Of a stretch of 64,000 nt of DNA, positions 11,402 to 24,289 are shown one piece after another. The stretch lies in NCBI GenBank assembly GCA_963772725.1, contig CAVYYI010000003.1:704001-768000 (forward strand), read 5' to 3'. The position numbers and the translations under genes were made by a program. Within the stretch, counting starts at the first letter, position 1; every line of letters begins with the position of its first letter. A model generated the notes under the pieces. The model searched no databases and was not told the origin of the DNA. It saw only the letters and a list, made by a program, of their open reading frames with translations. The stretch is from an uncultured Phycisphaerales bacterium (lineage in GTDB: Bacteria > Planctomycetota > Phycisphaerae > Sedimentisphaerales > Anaerobacaceae).

Positions 11402-13258
11402 ATGAAAAAGCAAACACTAATTAACACAAGCCGGTCTCTCATTGTCCTGGCAGCCCTGCTATCGTCTTCGCAGGCTGCTTCGCACGCCGCAAAGCCGGTT
11501 GACCTGTCGCACGTGCCGCAGATTAATGAGACAACCGAGCAGCGCGACGCTCGGATTCAGTGGTTCCGCGACGCGAAGTTCGGGATGTTCATTCACTGGG
11601 GGCCGAGTTCGATTGCGCGACAGAAATCAGCTGGAGCCGCCATGCTGCCCGCCCATGGGACATTGGCAAGCCAAACAACGACCGGCATCGCACGGAGGAC
11701 CCTATTTATGACAACTACTACAAACAATTTAATCCGGTTAAATTCGACGCTGATGCATGGGTGCGTTTTGCCAAGGAATGCGGCATGAAGTATATGGTTA
11801 TCATCACCAAGCACCATGACGGATTCTCACAATTCGACTCGAAGGTGGCAGACTATGATATTATGGCTACGCCCTATGGACGTGACATCATCAAGCAGTT
11901 TGCCGATGCCTGCCACAAGCAAGGTATGAAGCTTGGCTTCTACTATTCGCCGCGCGACTGGTATAATCCTGATTACCTCCAGGGCGACAACACCAAATAT
12001 GACAACTGGTATCGCACACAGATTGAGGAGTTGCTTACAAACTACGGTCAGGTGGATGAAATGTGGTTTGACAGCGCTGGGGGCAATGACTGGGGCAAGT
12101 GGAAATTCGATGAACTCTTCGCAATGATGTATCGCCTTCAGCCAAAGCTCATTGTCAACAACCGCGTCAAGTTCATCGGACCAAAGACACCCGAAGACCA
12201 AGGCCCCCCCTCGCCTGAGATACTCAAAATGACCAAGGGTGATTTCGGCACGCCCGAAGGTGTTATCGGCGCGATGGATATCGAAAAGGACTGGGAATCG
12301 TGTATTCACGCCGGCAGGGGCTGGTCCTACCGCGGCGAGGATGGATTCAGGCAGCCCGAGGATTGCATTCGGATGCTGGTAAGCTGCACGACAGGCGGTG
12401 GCAACCTGCTGCTGAACTTCGGGCTGCGCCCTGATGGCACATTTACCGATGGTGAAACAAAAATTGGCATAGCCATGGGCAAATGGCTTAAGAAATACGG
12501 AGAGGCAATCTACGGCACACGCGGCGGGCCATATCGCAACGGCGACTGGGGCGGCAGCTGCCATAAAGGAAACAAACTATTCCTGCACCTCTTCCAGTGG
12601 CGAAAAGACGGTTTGTGGGCATTCGACCCTCTGCCTTACAAAGTAAAATCTGGCGCACGCTCACCGGCTCACCCGTGCAATTTACGCAGACTAAAGATGA
12701 ATTGACTGTAAAGGTCGCGCAAGCCGACCGCGACAACCCCGTAACTGTCATTGAACTGACCCTCGATCAGCCCGTTGAGGATGGCCGTATTGTTGGTAAG
12801 GTGCGTGGCGAAAATTTATCTGAACACGGCAAAATTCTTAGTGAAAACGCCACGCTGGAACTTAGCTCCACCTCGCGTCACGACCCCGGCAGCCACGAGC
12901 GTTTGTTCAAAGGTGATAAAGCAAAGTACGGAACAGCCTTTGTTACTGAAAATGAAAAGAACCCTTGGGCAAAGATTGATTTAGTGCGGTAAAGAATATC
13001 AAAGCCGTCGTGATAGAAAATAAACCTATGGACCGCTGCGCCCAAGGCCTGATACTGTCCGTTTCTCGGGATGGACAGAAATGGGAGAAAATATGGCAGG
13101 CTCAGAAGTGGGAGCTAAGCTGGCTTATCCCTGTTACTCACTTTGAAACCGGAGCCGATGTGCCAGGTTGCCCGGTACGCTATTTGAAAGTTGAAACCAA
13201 AGGAAGCGAACCTCGCCCGTTGATATTACAGCGTTTCACCGTTTACGGCGACGAGTAA
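11402..13258 (+). CDS. GH29 alpha-L-fucosidase with C-terminal F5/8-like domain, several frameshifts
   Basis: WFRDAKFGMFIHWG, ITKHHDGF, MWFD, GGNLLLNFG, WLKKYGEAIYGT, PWAKIDL spread across four ORF pieces. Confidence 0.85.
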
Positions 13259-13295
13259 CTATTAAATAAAATAGCGATAATAATGGAGTTATTAG

Positions 13296-15170
13296 ATGAT
13301 AATTAAAACAGGCAGCAGCGTAACAATATCGCTGCTGTTGAAACTCGCTTTGACTGTCCTGCTGCTGGCGTCACTTACCGCATTGTATGCTGGCAGCGCA
13401 GAGTCGCAATCGTCCGCTTGGCCAACGACGAAAGCCTCAATCGCCGCGGAGAAAGTTTATGATACTAAGGGTCATGAGTACATGTACCAGATGGATCCGA
13501 TTCCGCCACGGCTTCAATCCGCCCGCTTTCATCTCTGGATTCCTGACTCTGTCGGCCCAACCGGCAAAATCCGTGGAGTCATCGCAACCAGCGGCTACAA
13601 TTATGGGCTGATGCCCGAGATATTTCGCGCTCCCCACTGGCGGGCGCTGGCAGCGGAACTGCACATGGCTCTTTACCTGCACCGCGCCGAGGAATCCGAC
13701 CGCAAACATGCCGGCAGCCCAGGGCAGCAGCCAGGCCACTATTGATGCCGTCTGCGGCGGGCTTGATTACTTCGCCCGAACCACAGGCCATCCCGAACTA
13801 AGATACACGGCCATTATTCACACCGGTCTATCAGCCTCTGGCCGCCAGGCGATTTTTTTGGGCAACGCGATGCCCAGGCGAACCCTTGCTGTAATTGTGT
13901 ACAGCCCCGCCACGACGCTGCCAAAACCTCTGGATACCACTGTGCCGGTGCTTATAAACATGGGCGGTCTGGACCTGAAATATGGCAACCCGATAAGTTT
14001 GGACAGGAATATTATTCTCCCGGCGGGTTCAAGGTGCGCCCTGGGCGGGACTGTATCAGGCCAATGTACCGCATGCCGGACACGGTGAGCCGTCATTCGT
14101 AATGGACTGGACAAGGGCTATTGTCAAGCTCCGCGTGCCTGAGCAGATTCCGGACGACGCGCCGATTCAGCTTAAGACTATTACTATCGAAAATGGCTGG
14201 CTTGGAAAGCTGAAGTTCAACTCTGATTTGAACAACCCGCACCCCGAAGGGCCGGATGCCGCAAACATCTGCGCATACGCCGATGGTAAAGCCGCGGCGG
14301 AGGCGTACTGGCTGCCTAATGAATCACTTGCCAAAGCATGGAAGCAGTACTGTCTTCGTAAAGATGTCAGCTTCCATAACGGGGCTACTGAAATTGCTCT
14401 TGCCAACGATTCATTCGTCAACAGTACCGGTATGCGTATGATAGCCATTCCTACCGGGCGATTTATCATGGGTAGTCCCCTTGATGAAGAAAAACGCGCC
14501 GATGACGAGGTGCAACACGAAGTCCACATCACAAAACCATTTTATATGGGCGCTACCGAAGTTACACAGGCACAATGGCAGAAGGTTATGGGAAATAATC
14601 CAGCCACCTACAAAGCCGACACGAATCCCGTTGAAATAGTCAGTTACGACGACGCTGTAAAATTCTGCGAGGTACTGAGCAAACTCGATGGCCGAACCTA
14701 TCGCCTGCCGACCGAGGCTGAGTGGGAGTACGCCTGCCGTGCCGGTACGACCACACCATTTCACTATGGATGGTCTATTGATACCGATATCGCCAATTAC
14801 CGGGGCGATGTTGGTTATGGCGGGGATGCCCGGCATCGACCGACGACGCCCGGGCCGAGCTCGCAGTTCCCGCCAAATAATTGGGGACTCCACGATATGC
14901 ATGGCAATGTTTTTGAATGGTGCAGTGATTGGTACGGCCCATACCCGACTGAATCGGTCACTGACCCTAAAGGGCCAGCCAGCGGAACCCAGAGGGTGTT
15001 CCGGGGCGGTTCCTGGTACAACCTGCCGCACATAACGCGGTCAGCATTTAGGGGTATGTCGTCGCCCGGATATACCAGCCGCCTGGTCGGGCTGCGTGTC
15101 GTGTGCGATGGGCCGGATAAGCAGCCTAAACACTGCACCAGGAAGGATAACTTTGAACTGTTTTACAGTG
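13296..15170 (+). CDS. secreted protein with a hydrolase-like N-terminal part and a C-terminal formylglycine-generating enzyme (SUMF1) domain, frameshifted
   Basis: FIMGS, ATEVTQAQW, YRLPTEAEWEYACRAG, GLHDMHGNVFEWC, RGGSW, GLRVV; GLSASG motif upstream; 3' end approximate. Confidence 0.75.
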
Positions 15171-15199
15171 AGAATAACAATAATAATGGAGAAATTAAG

Positions 15200-17027
15200 A
15201 TGAAAAACAAAACAAGAACAAACGTAACGGCAACGCTGCCGTTGAAACTCGTTTTGACTATCCTGCTGCTGGCGCCGTTTGCATTGCGGGCCGCAGATAC
15301 GAAACCGCCTTTCCAAAGCAAACTCACAAGCGGTGTTACCTTCCAATCAAAAGATGCCGGGCTGCAGCGCTTATATGACGCGGCTGAAGCAGGCTTGGCC
15401 AAAAACGCCACATCATTCAGCGGGATGAAGGTGATTACTGAGGGTGCAGGCTACCCCGGAGCGTATCTGGAAAGCGCGCCCGAGGGCGGCGAAATCTACG
15501 CCAATCGTGATACACAAATCGCGTTGAACCATCAGGCGTTGTTCATGCTCGGGCAAAGGCCTGACGGGCGTATGCCGGTAGCGGTCTTCTCGGGCCAGTG
15601 GGAACACAAGCAAGGCTTTTACCGCCTGACGCCGGAAGGCCAGATGTGGCTGCCGGCCTTTGGGCTGCTGGTCACGTATAACAGCCTGGCGCATGATTAC
15701 GACTTTCCGAACACGGCATGGAAAACCTACTTCTGGAGCGGTCGGAACCGCGAATACCTTGAGCGGCTGTATAATGCGCTCGAAATGTTCGACAACTACA
15801 TTTGGCGTACACGGGATTCGAACAACGATGGGCTGCTGGAAGTATGGTGCACCTATGACACGGGCGAGGATGGCAGGCACGCGTTACATTTCGCGCCTGC
15901 GCTCCCACTCGATGGCCGTTTGATATCCCGCCCGGTATGCCCGGCACGCCCGACCCGCAAAGTCCTGATTGTTACAAGCGCTACTGGATTGAAATGGAGA
16001 ATGAAAAACTTCCGGCTCCAAGCTGCGCCGAGATACGGGTACCATTCGCCTCAATGGATGTGATGGCCTGGAGCTATGACGGGCGGGTCGCCCTGAGCAA
16101 GATTGCCCGCGAGCTTGGCAATGGTCGTGAAGATTACTGGCGGCAAAAGGCGGAGGAAGTCAGGCAGAAGGTCATCAAGGCCCTTTGGGTGCCGGAAAAG
16201 CACGCCTGCTTCGACCGTGACCGCCAAGGGAACATCCTGCCTGAACTGATACACAACAACCTCCGCGTCATGCACCACGGCCTGTTCACCCAGGAGATGG
16301 CCGACGCATTTATTCGAGAGCATATGCTCAACCCGAAGGAATTCTGGACTTATACGCCGCTGCCTTCAATCGCGGTCAACGAATCGCTATTCCGAAGCAA
16401 CAAAGGAAACGATTGGAGCGGCCAGCCGATGGGACTTACTTATCAACGCGCCATTCGCGCCCTCGAGAACTACGGCCACTATGCGGAAATCTCGCTTATC
16501 GGCGAAAGGTTCTTTGAGATTATCCAGAAAAACGGGAGCAGGTTCCCCCAGCAGTTCGACCCGTTTACCGGTGTCGGCTCAAGCCCAGCTCAGGAAGACT
16601 ACAGCCCAATGATGTTCGCCGCGCTGGAGTATGTTTCCCGTCTGCACGGCATCCAGCTCAACGTCGAGAACGATCGAGTCTGGTGGTCAGCACTGGCCGG
16701 GAGCGGAAAGGACTTCACCTACACCCAGCGCGCTGGGGCGAACGAACCTGGACGCTGGCGTGTGAGAAGGGACTATTCCGCGCTTCGCTCAATGACATGG
16801 AGCTGTTTTCATGTACCCCGGGCGTACGCGTGGTGACAGACCTCAACGGCAAAGTGCGTGAGGTGGTTGGGATTTCGCCGGAAAGACAAAGCGTTACTCT
16901 GCGGTCTGAAAACCAGCAACGGCAGTTCACCGTCGCTCCAAATCAGATATGGGGACTCGATGGAGACAAGCCGCATCTTAGCCGCGCCGCCCCCTTCGAT
17001 TATCCCTATCATGGAGAAGCTCAATGA
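15200..17027 (+). CDS. MGH1/GH63-like six-hairpin glycoside hydrolase, frameshifted
   Basis: Own RBS and signal peptide at 15200; RDSNNDGLLE, DTGED, SMD, PLPSIA, WSGQP, RALENYGH, F.QQFDP. Confidence 0.65.
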
Positions 17028-17029
17028 AC

Positions 17030-19558
17030 ATGAAACACACCCTCACACTCCTCACGGCCCTGTTGCTGGCGCCGCTGGCTGCTTTGTACGCTGCCGAGTC
17101 GGAATCAAAATCGTTATCCGCCAATTCATCGGCAGATGGTGCGGATCCCAGCTTGAGCCGTACTGATGAACTGGAGCGGATTTTTCAGAAGCCGCCGGAA
17201 TCCGCAAAGCCTGGTGTGTGGTGGCATTGGATGGGAAGCAATGTAACAAGAGCGGGTATCACCCGCGACTTGGAGGCTCTTAAGGATGCTGGTTTTAACC
17301 GTACAACTATATTCAGCCTGGCCGACACAGTGACCCCGTCGGCAGGCCAGATTGGCAACAGTCCGACGCCAGAAATCATCGGCTGGACTGAACCATGGTG
17401 GAAACTGGTCCGGCACGCGGCTGAGGAATCAAAGCGCCTCGGGATGGATTTGGGAATGCATAACTGTCCCGGTTATACTGCCAGCGGCGGTACATGGATT
17501 CCTGAGGAAATGTCGATGCAAAAAGTCTGCTTTTCGCAGACGCCGTTCAGCGGTCCCGGCAAACTTAAGCTTGATCTGCCGCGACCGACGGTAGATCTTC
17601 ACGAAGTACAAGCGTTTCCCATCTTCAATCCGAACACAGGCAAAGCCGCAAAGCCGGAGATTCCTGAACGAAATACGTTCTACCGTGACATCGCCATGCT
17701 GGCTCTGCCTGCGACCGGTATTGTGACTAAGGACCATGTAATCAACCTGACCGGCCAGAAGGAATGGGCAGCTCCCGCAGGAGACTGGATTATCTACCGC
17801 TTCGGTTACACTACTACGGGAAAATTAATCCAGCCGGCACAGTTGAAAGCAACGGGTTTCGAGTGTGACAAGATGAAGCGCCGAAGCAGTGACGTTCCAT
17901 ATGAACCATGTCATTGGGGAGATTCAAAAACATCTTGGCGATCTTGTCGGGAGCGGTTTAACGCATGTACTTTTTGACAGCTATGAAGCAGGCACACCTG
18001 GATGGACACCGAAGATGCAGGCGGAGTTCAAGACACGTCGGGGATACGATTTGACTCCTTTTCTGCCTACACTCGCCAAGCGAGTTATTGGCAGTGAGCA
18101 GGAGAGCAATAAATTCCGTGATGATTTTCTCGATACCATTCGGGACCTATACCGGGATGTCTATTTTACAACTGTCCGACGAATGCCTGCACGATGCGAA
18201 GTTGGAATTCTGCTGTGAACCTTACGGGGGACCATGGCGGCAGGATGATGTTATGCCGCTGGTGGATCAGGTCATGGTCGAGTTCTGGACCCGCCAAGGA
18301 AATTTCAAAACACAATTTAATACCATTGCCGCATCACGTAAAAGCGGTCAGAATATTGTCGAAGCCGAGGCATTTACTGGTTCGCCAGCAGACAGCATGT
18401 GGTCGGAAACGCCTGCATGGCTTAAACCAATCGGCGACGCCGCTTACTGCGCCGGTATCAACCGGTTTATCCTCCACCATTATGTCCATCAACCCTGGGA
18501 TGACCGCTATAAGCCCGGCGTTACGATGGGGCTATGGGGCACGCACTTCGAGCGCACCCAAACATGGTGGAAGCCTTTCCATGCGACGATTAGTTACTGG
18601 CAGCGCTGCCAGGCTATGCTTCAGTGGGGCAAATTCGCCAATGTTACGGGAGATTTTTCTACAGATATGAACCAACCGGGGGGCCTTGAACTCCGAGCTA
18701 TCCACCGCGCCAAGGATGGGAGGGATGTTTACTTTGTCGCCAATATTAATGCTGCAGCCTCCGGCACGGCGAAGTGTACATTTTTAGTGAGCGGCAAACA
18801 GCCTGAGTTGTTGGACCCTGTCTGGGGCACGCGACGGAATTTGCCGGAATTTGAACAGCATGATGGTAAAATTATTATCCCGCTGGAGTTTGCTCCGGGG
18901 CAAAGTTATTTTATTGTATTTCGGCATCCGGTTGAAGGCAACCCACAACCTGTTAAGAGGAATTTTCCTGTGTTTAAACCAGTTGTCAGGATTGCCGGGC
19001 CATGGCAGGTCAGTTTTGATCCCAAGTGGGGCGGCCCGGCCGAACCGGTAATGTTTGCCTCGCTGGAAGATTGGACCAATCGTACAGAGCCTGGTATCCG
19101 TTACTATTCCGGAACCGCTATGTATCGCACAACATTCGATGCCTCCGCTGGCTCGCGGCTAAAGCTGGGGATAGTAAACCATCTGGCCAAAATTCGGCTC
19201 AACGGTCGAGATCTTGGTGTCGTGTGGCTGTGCGCCATGGGCGGTTGACATCCCTGAAGGACTGCTCAAGCCAAAAGGAAACCAGCTCGAAATCGAAGTA
19301 ACAAACACGTGGGCGAATCGTTTGATTGGTGATGAACAGGAGCCGCCGGACTGCGAGTGGCTGCCGGGACGCAGGCCTGTTGAGTTTCTCAAGGCGTTTC
19401 CGGACTGGTTCGTCAAAGGTCAGCCGCGCCCTTCCAAGGGGCGTTATTGTTTCACCACATGGAACTATTTCAAGAAAGACTCTCCGCTGCTGTCTTCGGG
19501 TTTACTCGGCCCGGTAACTATTCAATCAATCGAAAATATGAAAGGAACTAATCAATGA
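17030..19558 (+). CDS. GH106 alpha-L-rhamnosidase-like protein, frameshifted
   Basis: KPGVWWHWMG.NVT..GITRDLEA, DSYEAG, RRGYDL, EAFT, GINRF, YYSGT, VTNTWANRLIGD, SGLLGPV. Confidence 0.85.
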
Positions 19559-20647
19559 ATACAATTCCAACATCAATCAACATATTTAATCTGAAGAAAA
19601 AGACACACAAGTGTTTACTAATTTTGGCGCTGCTGCTTGTATCTTGTCAGTCGTTGCCGGTGAAAACTGCTGAGCAGGTTGATATGGCCAAGCGCAGAGG
19701 AACTCAAAAACCTTAAGTGGGGAATGTTTGTCTGCTGGTCTTTCAGCACGTTCTCCGGCAAGGAATGGTCGCCGGGCATCACGGATGTTAATTTTTTCAA
19801 AGCTACCGGCTGTGACACCAAACAGTGGGCGCGAACCGCAAAGGATGCCGGCATGGGCTATATCCTTTTTCTAACCAAGCACCACGACGGATTCTGTCTC
19901 TGGGACACAAAAACAACAGATCGCAAAGTAACAAAGTCGCCGCTTGGCCGCGATGTGCTTGCCGAGCTGCGAAAAAACTGCGACAAGTACGGCATAAAGC
20001 TGGCACTTTATTTCTCCGAGGGCGACTGGACCTGGCCCGGCGCCGTTGACGGCAAAGGCTGGAAAGAAGGCATCGGCAAAAACCCGGAAATGAAAAAAAC
20101 GCAGCTCAGGGAATTGCTCACGCAATATGGCCCAATCGAATACATCTGGTTTGACCACGCTGTCGGCGATGGGGGCTTGAGTCATGCTGACACCATCGCG
20201 TTTTGCAAATCGCTTCAGCCCGGCTGTTTCATCGGTTTCAATCACGGCGAACAGGAGGGAGCGGACATCCGGCTTGGCGAACTGGGCAAACCCGGCCCGC
20301 TCAAAGATAATACCGCGGCAGGCCCCTATATGAAAAACGCGCCGAGTAAAGACTATCGGCTCGCAGAGTTCACCTATCCAATTCTGCCCAAGCACACAGG
20401 CGGTGCGATGTGGTTCTACTCGCTGCCGATTCACGACAACCTCTGCCATCCTGCCGAGAAGCTCTATAGCGACTATCTCGGCGCGGTGAAATTTGGCAAC
20501 ATCTTCTCCATTGACGTCGGCCCTGATTACAGCGGCAAGCTGCGGAAGATTGATGTCGAGACCCTGCGCAAAGTTGGCAAAATGATTCGTGATAAAGCGC
20601 CGTTGCCTGAACCCAAAACGCTTAACGATAAAGAACTTCCAAAATGA
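19555..20647 (+). CDS. compact GH29 alpha-L-fucosidase, frameshift ~19670
   Basis: LKWGMFVCW, LTKHHDGFCLWDT, IWFD, IDVGPD. Confidence 0.85.
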
Positions 20648-21101
20648 TATTCAATCAGCAGTTTTGCATTTTGATTTAGCTTTGTAGAATACAATCTTTT
20701 TGGGTTGGACTTACAAAAAAAATGAAATAACCCCGTACAGCGATACGGGGCGGGAATGACAGCAAGCGGCGATCGGCTTTTATTAACTTGATTTGATATT
20801 ATGGCAACGTAATCGTGTTCGCCATTATGCCAAAACCTCGTGAATTTATAAAAAAACCCTAAGCAATTCCGCATTTGGAATTAAGGTTTTTCCTGATTGA
20901 TATATTTTCGGCATCTGGTAATATCGCCTCAGACCTCGATAGTGGTGAGAAACATCAGTGACGAAAAACATCATAAGTGGAGAGCAAACTTTTGCCGGGG
21001 GGGTAAAAAAGTTTGCTCTCTCGCCTTTTTTACAGCTCAAATAAAATATTGACACCATTAAGTTTCCAAAAGTAAAATAGTAATCGAAAAAGGAAAGAAA
21101 A

Positions 21102-22229
21102 ATGCGAAGTACAAAAACAGGGACAGTTTTATACATTATGATGATAGTGTTCACATCTGCGGCGCTTTGGGCGCAGAGTCCTGAAACTGACAAATCTGTC
21201 TCACCGCAGCCTGAGGTCAAAAACAAAATAGAATTGTCCAGTACCACGCTAAACACAGAGGGCAGGCTCCAGACCTTCATCAAACCAGGGCTGGTGTGGC
21301 TCGACAGTAATGGAAAACCCATCAATGCTCACGGCGGCTGTGTGATTTTTTACAACGAAATTTATTATTGGTATGGAGAGCATAAAATTAAAGGACTCTC
21401 TGAAGAGACCCACGCCGATGGTGGTGTACACTGCTATGCATCCACTGATTTGATTAATTGGCACGACCAGGGCAGGGTGCTTTATCTGGATGGCGATGAA
21501 AACAGCGACCTTACCCCCGAGTGTAATTCGGACCGACCAAAAGTAATCTACAATGAAAAGACCCGACAGTTCGTCATGTTCTTTAAGTTATACCTGAGAG
21601 GGCTTGGGTCGAAAGTCGCTTATGTCGGGGTTGCGACTTCCGAAAGTCCCACGGGACCTTTCAATTATCGCCACAAGTTTCTGGGCGGCAATTCACCAAA
21701 CGGCACCGGCGATTTTGCCATGTTCAAGGATGATAACGGCAATCTGTATCATCTCTCAGTGCGGAAGCCAGACAAGAAATTTGTGATTGGAAAAATGAGG
21801 GACGATTATCTGCTCCCCGAAGGGGAATACAAGGTGTGCCAGGGCATTACCGACCGAACAGAAGCTCCGGCCCTGATTAAAAAGAACGGTGAATATATTA
21901 TGTTAGCCTCCGGTTCCTCCGGATGGGCGCCCAATGCGGCCCGTTCCTTTTCCGCCAAATCCCTCGAAGGCCCCTGGATTTCTCATGGAAATCCATGCCT
22001 GGGAATCAACCCAGCCAATGGACTTGGACCGGAAAAAACCTATGGGGGACAATCGACTTTCATCATTAAGGTAGAAGGGCGGAAGGACGCTTATATTGCT
22101 TTTTTCGACATCAATAAACCGGAGCATCCCTACGATAGTCTGTATATATGGCTGCCCATAGAGTTTGAGGGAAGTAAAATCTCTATTCCCTGGAAAGACC
22201 AATGGAATCTGGATGTTTTTAGTCAATAA
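21102..22229 (+). CDS. GH43 glycoside hydrolase
   Basis: INAHGG, YYWYGE, YASTDLINW, RPKV, GPF, EAPA, SGWAPN, QSTF, YIWLP. Confidence 0.9.
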   Translation: MRSTKTGTVLYIMMIVFTSAALWAQSPETDKSVSPQPEVKNKIELSSTTLNTEGRLQTFIKPGLVWLDSNGKPINAHGGCVIFYNEIYYWYGEHKIKGLSEETHADGGVHCYASTDLINWHDQGRVLYLDGDENSDLTPECNSDRPKVIYNEKTRQFVMFFKLYLRGLGSKVAYVGVATSESPTGPFNYRHKFLGGNSPNGTGDFAMFKDDNGNLYHLSVRKPDKKFVIGKMRDDYLLPEGEYKVCQGITDRTEAPALIKKNGEYIMLASGSSGWAPNAARSFSAKSLEGPWISHGNPCLGINPANGLGPEKTYGGQSTFIIKVEGRKDAYIAFFDINKPEHPYDSLYIWLPIEFEGSKISIPWKDQWNLDVFSQ

Positions 22230-22351
22230 AACGCAACAATATCACAACTTTACTCAAACTATCCGATGATCAGTTTGAGTTAATAAATACGTCAAGCTTT
22301 TTATATTAAAATATCTCTGCGGCCTCTGCGAACTGCGGTTAATAAAATCTG

Positions 22352-22557
22352 CAGCCTAATATCGCCTGCCGGTAGTCTTACTGCCGCTCTGGTAATTCAC
22401 GAAAAAGTACCGCAGCGCATCGATTGGATGGTCATACAGGCCGTCTTTCAAAGGCAGTTCCGAGCCTGACCCAGCGGAAAAATCCGGATAATGATAACAG
22501 CGCAAAGCCTCAATCAGCCTTTCACAGCGGGGAGAAATCATAAGCGTGCTTTTGCCG
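22352..22557. repeat. 206-bp direct repeat of the terminase 3' end (other copy 24286-24491)
   Basis: Two mismatches between copies; includes the terminase stop codon. Confidence 0.95.
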
Positions 22558-22572
22558 ACTAACTTTATGCTC

Positions 22573-23097
22573 CTAACCAAATCCTCGTTCCTGAAGGGCA
22601 TCAGCCTGCCCAATATGTGTGTGTTTTTCGCGAAACTTTTTTGTATACTGGAATTCGAGCTGTCGAGAAAGTCCTATTTGGTTCAATATTTCTTCAAGTG
22701 ATATTCCACAGTCTGCTTTACCAAGCAATCCGAGTACCCTAAAAACCGCTCCGTCGGCAGCACATACCATCCAATGTTGTTTGGATTGGCACAAAAAAGC
22801 TAAAGTTTCTTTCTCCCCGGCATGTATATCCGCTTTGTATTGCAGGTCAAATCCGTCATGAAATTTTTTAACTTCCTGCAGACTAACGTCAACTATCCTG
22901 ATACTGTCTTGCTTTTCATAAGATGTTAAATCTATATATTCTTTGCTCTCTTTTCCACTTGCGAAAACAACCTCATCTTCAGCGACAGTTCTGCTTATTG
23001 TAACATCGCATTCTTTTATAAACCTATCCCAGATGCCAAGCTCAAAAAGTTTTATAATCGGCCCGGCGTCAAGCAACAGGAATTGAAATTTTTTCAT
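22573..23097 (-). CDS. PIN-like domain protein
   Basis: LLDAGPII, IHAGEKETLA, AADGA acidic motif pattern. Confidence 0.7.
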   Translation of the reverse strand: MKKFQFLLLDAGPIIKLFELGIWDRFIKECDVTISRTVAEDEVVFASGKESKEYIDLTSYEKQDSIRIVDVSLQEVKKFHDGFDLQYKADIHAGEKETLAFLCQSKQHWMVCAADGAVFRVLGLLGKADCGISLEEILNQIGLSRQLEFQYTKKFREKHTHIGQADALQERGFG

Positions 23098-24193
23098 CCG
23101 TGAAATCCTCTTGTTCTGAGAGATATTCCTGGGCCTTTTTGTAACTTATATCCATATATTTTGCAAACTGAATCAGAGATAATTTCCCTTCCCTAAGAGC
23201 CCGCTGTGCTAAATCGCGATACCTCTGCGGAAAAGTATCGGGAACATCCGATTCTCGCGGCTTACCTCGGTCTTTGCATTTTTCGGCAATTTCATGAAAT
23301 TTTACAGTCTCTTCTTTTCGAAGTCTGAATATATCAGCTATGCGGTAAATCAATGCATCAAGAGAAACACAAAACTCTCTTGCTATGTCATCAAGGTTGG
23401 CAAGACTTATATTACTGTCAGAGCCAACATTTGAAATCAATCGGGCTTTTAGCGGTTGTTCCGGCATAAGGAGCTTGCTCGCAAAAGAATTGGCAAGCTG
23501 CTCTTCACGCTCGTCTGGAACCAAACTTGATTGCTCAGCTGTGCGGAACACATTCCATACAAGAATATGAAATAACTCATGAGCAAGGTCATAATTCCTG
23601 CGCCATGATTTATTGTTTTTGTTTAAGAGAATTGCCGGGCCATATTCAGGAGAAACCGTCGAAATAGCACTGCCCGAAAAATCCAGATAAAATATTTTTA
23701 CATAATATTTTTCTTCCAGTGTCTGTTTTAGAGAAAGAGCCGGTATTTCTCCAAGGCAAAATTCACTCTGGACTTTCACAGCCAGTAATTCTGCCTGATC
23801 GAAATTAAACTGAGATGAAGCTTTAAAATCAGATTTTGGCAAATTAGCCGTCTTAATTTCATAAGTGCAAAATTCAAGTTTGCGGTATTGTTCGCAAAGT
23901 TGTTTAAACCTTGCTTCTATTTGTTTACGTTCTTCTTCAGTACTGGGTTTATCACGCCAGAGCACAACCTCCTGAGATGGCGGCTTATCAGACAAAAAGA
24001 AGTCTGCCGTTTTCATATAAACTTCTGCAAGCCTGCTCAATTGTGAAAATTTCGGTTCACGCCTCGAATTCTCAAATTCACTGAGCGAGGATTCGCCTAT
24101 GCCGACTTTCTCGCTGACTTCCTTCAAAGTATAACCGATGGCATCCCGTGCTATTTTTAATCTTTTTCCAATATCCATATTCTTATCCTTCAT
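23069..24193 (-). CDS. XRE HTH plus ImmA/IrrE zinc metallopeptidase
   Basis: N-terminal HTH (RLKIAR...LSEFEN), LAHELFH, ANSFASKLLMP. Confidence 0.9.
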   Translation of the reverse strand: MKDKNMDIGKRLKIARDAIGYTLKEVSEKVGIGESSLSEFENSRREPKFSQLSRLAEVYMKTADFFLSDKPPSQEVVLWRDKPSTEEERKQIEARFKQLCEQYRKLEFCTYEIKTANLPKSDFKASSQFNFDQAELLAVKVQSEFCLGEIPALSLKQTLEEKYYVKIFYLDFSGSAISTVSPEYGPAILLNKNNKSWRRNYDLAHELFHILVWNVFRTAEQSSLVPDEREEQLANSFASKLLMPEQPLKARLISNVGSDSNISLANLDDIAREFCVSLDALIYRIADIFRLRKEETVKFHEIAEKCKDRGKPRESDVPDTFPQRYRDLAQRALREGKLSLIQFAKYMDISYKKAQEYLSEQEDFTDEKISIPVA

Positions 24194-24289
24194 TTCTACA
24201 CTATAGAATATTATAGCTTATATTCCAGCAAAAGTTCAAGTAAATATTCTGTAAAATAGAAATTATTTCATATTTTTCAAAAAATCAGC

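Noticed and set aside
14102..16063. FGE-GH63 fusion ORF
   Set aside because: An internal RBS and signal peptide at 15200 indicate two genes; the missing stop is probably an indel
22356..22613. 85-aa ORF as an independent gene
   Set aside because: It is the duplicated terminase tail
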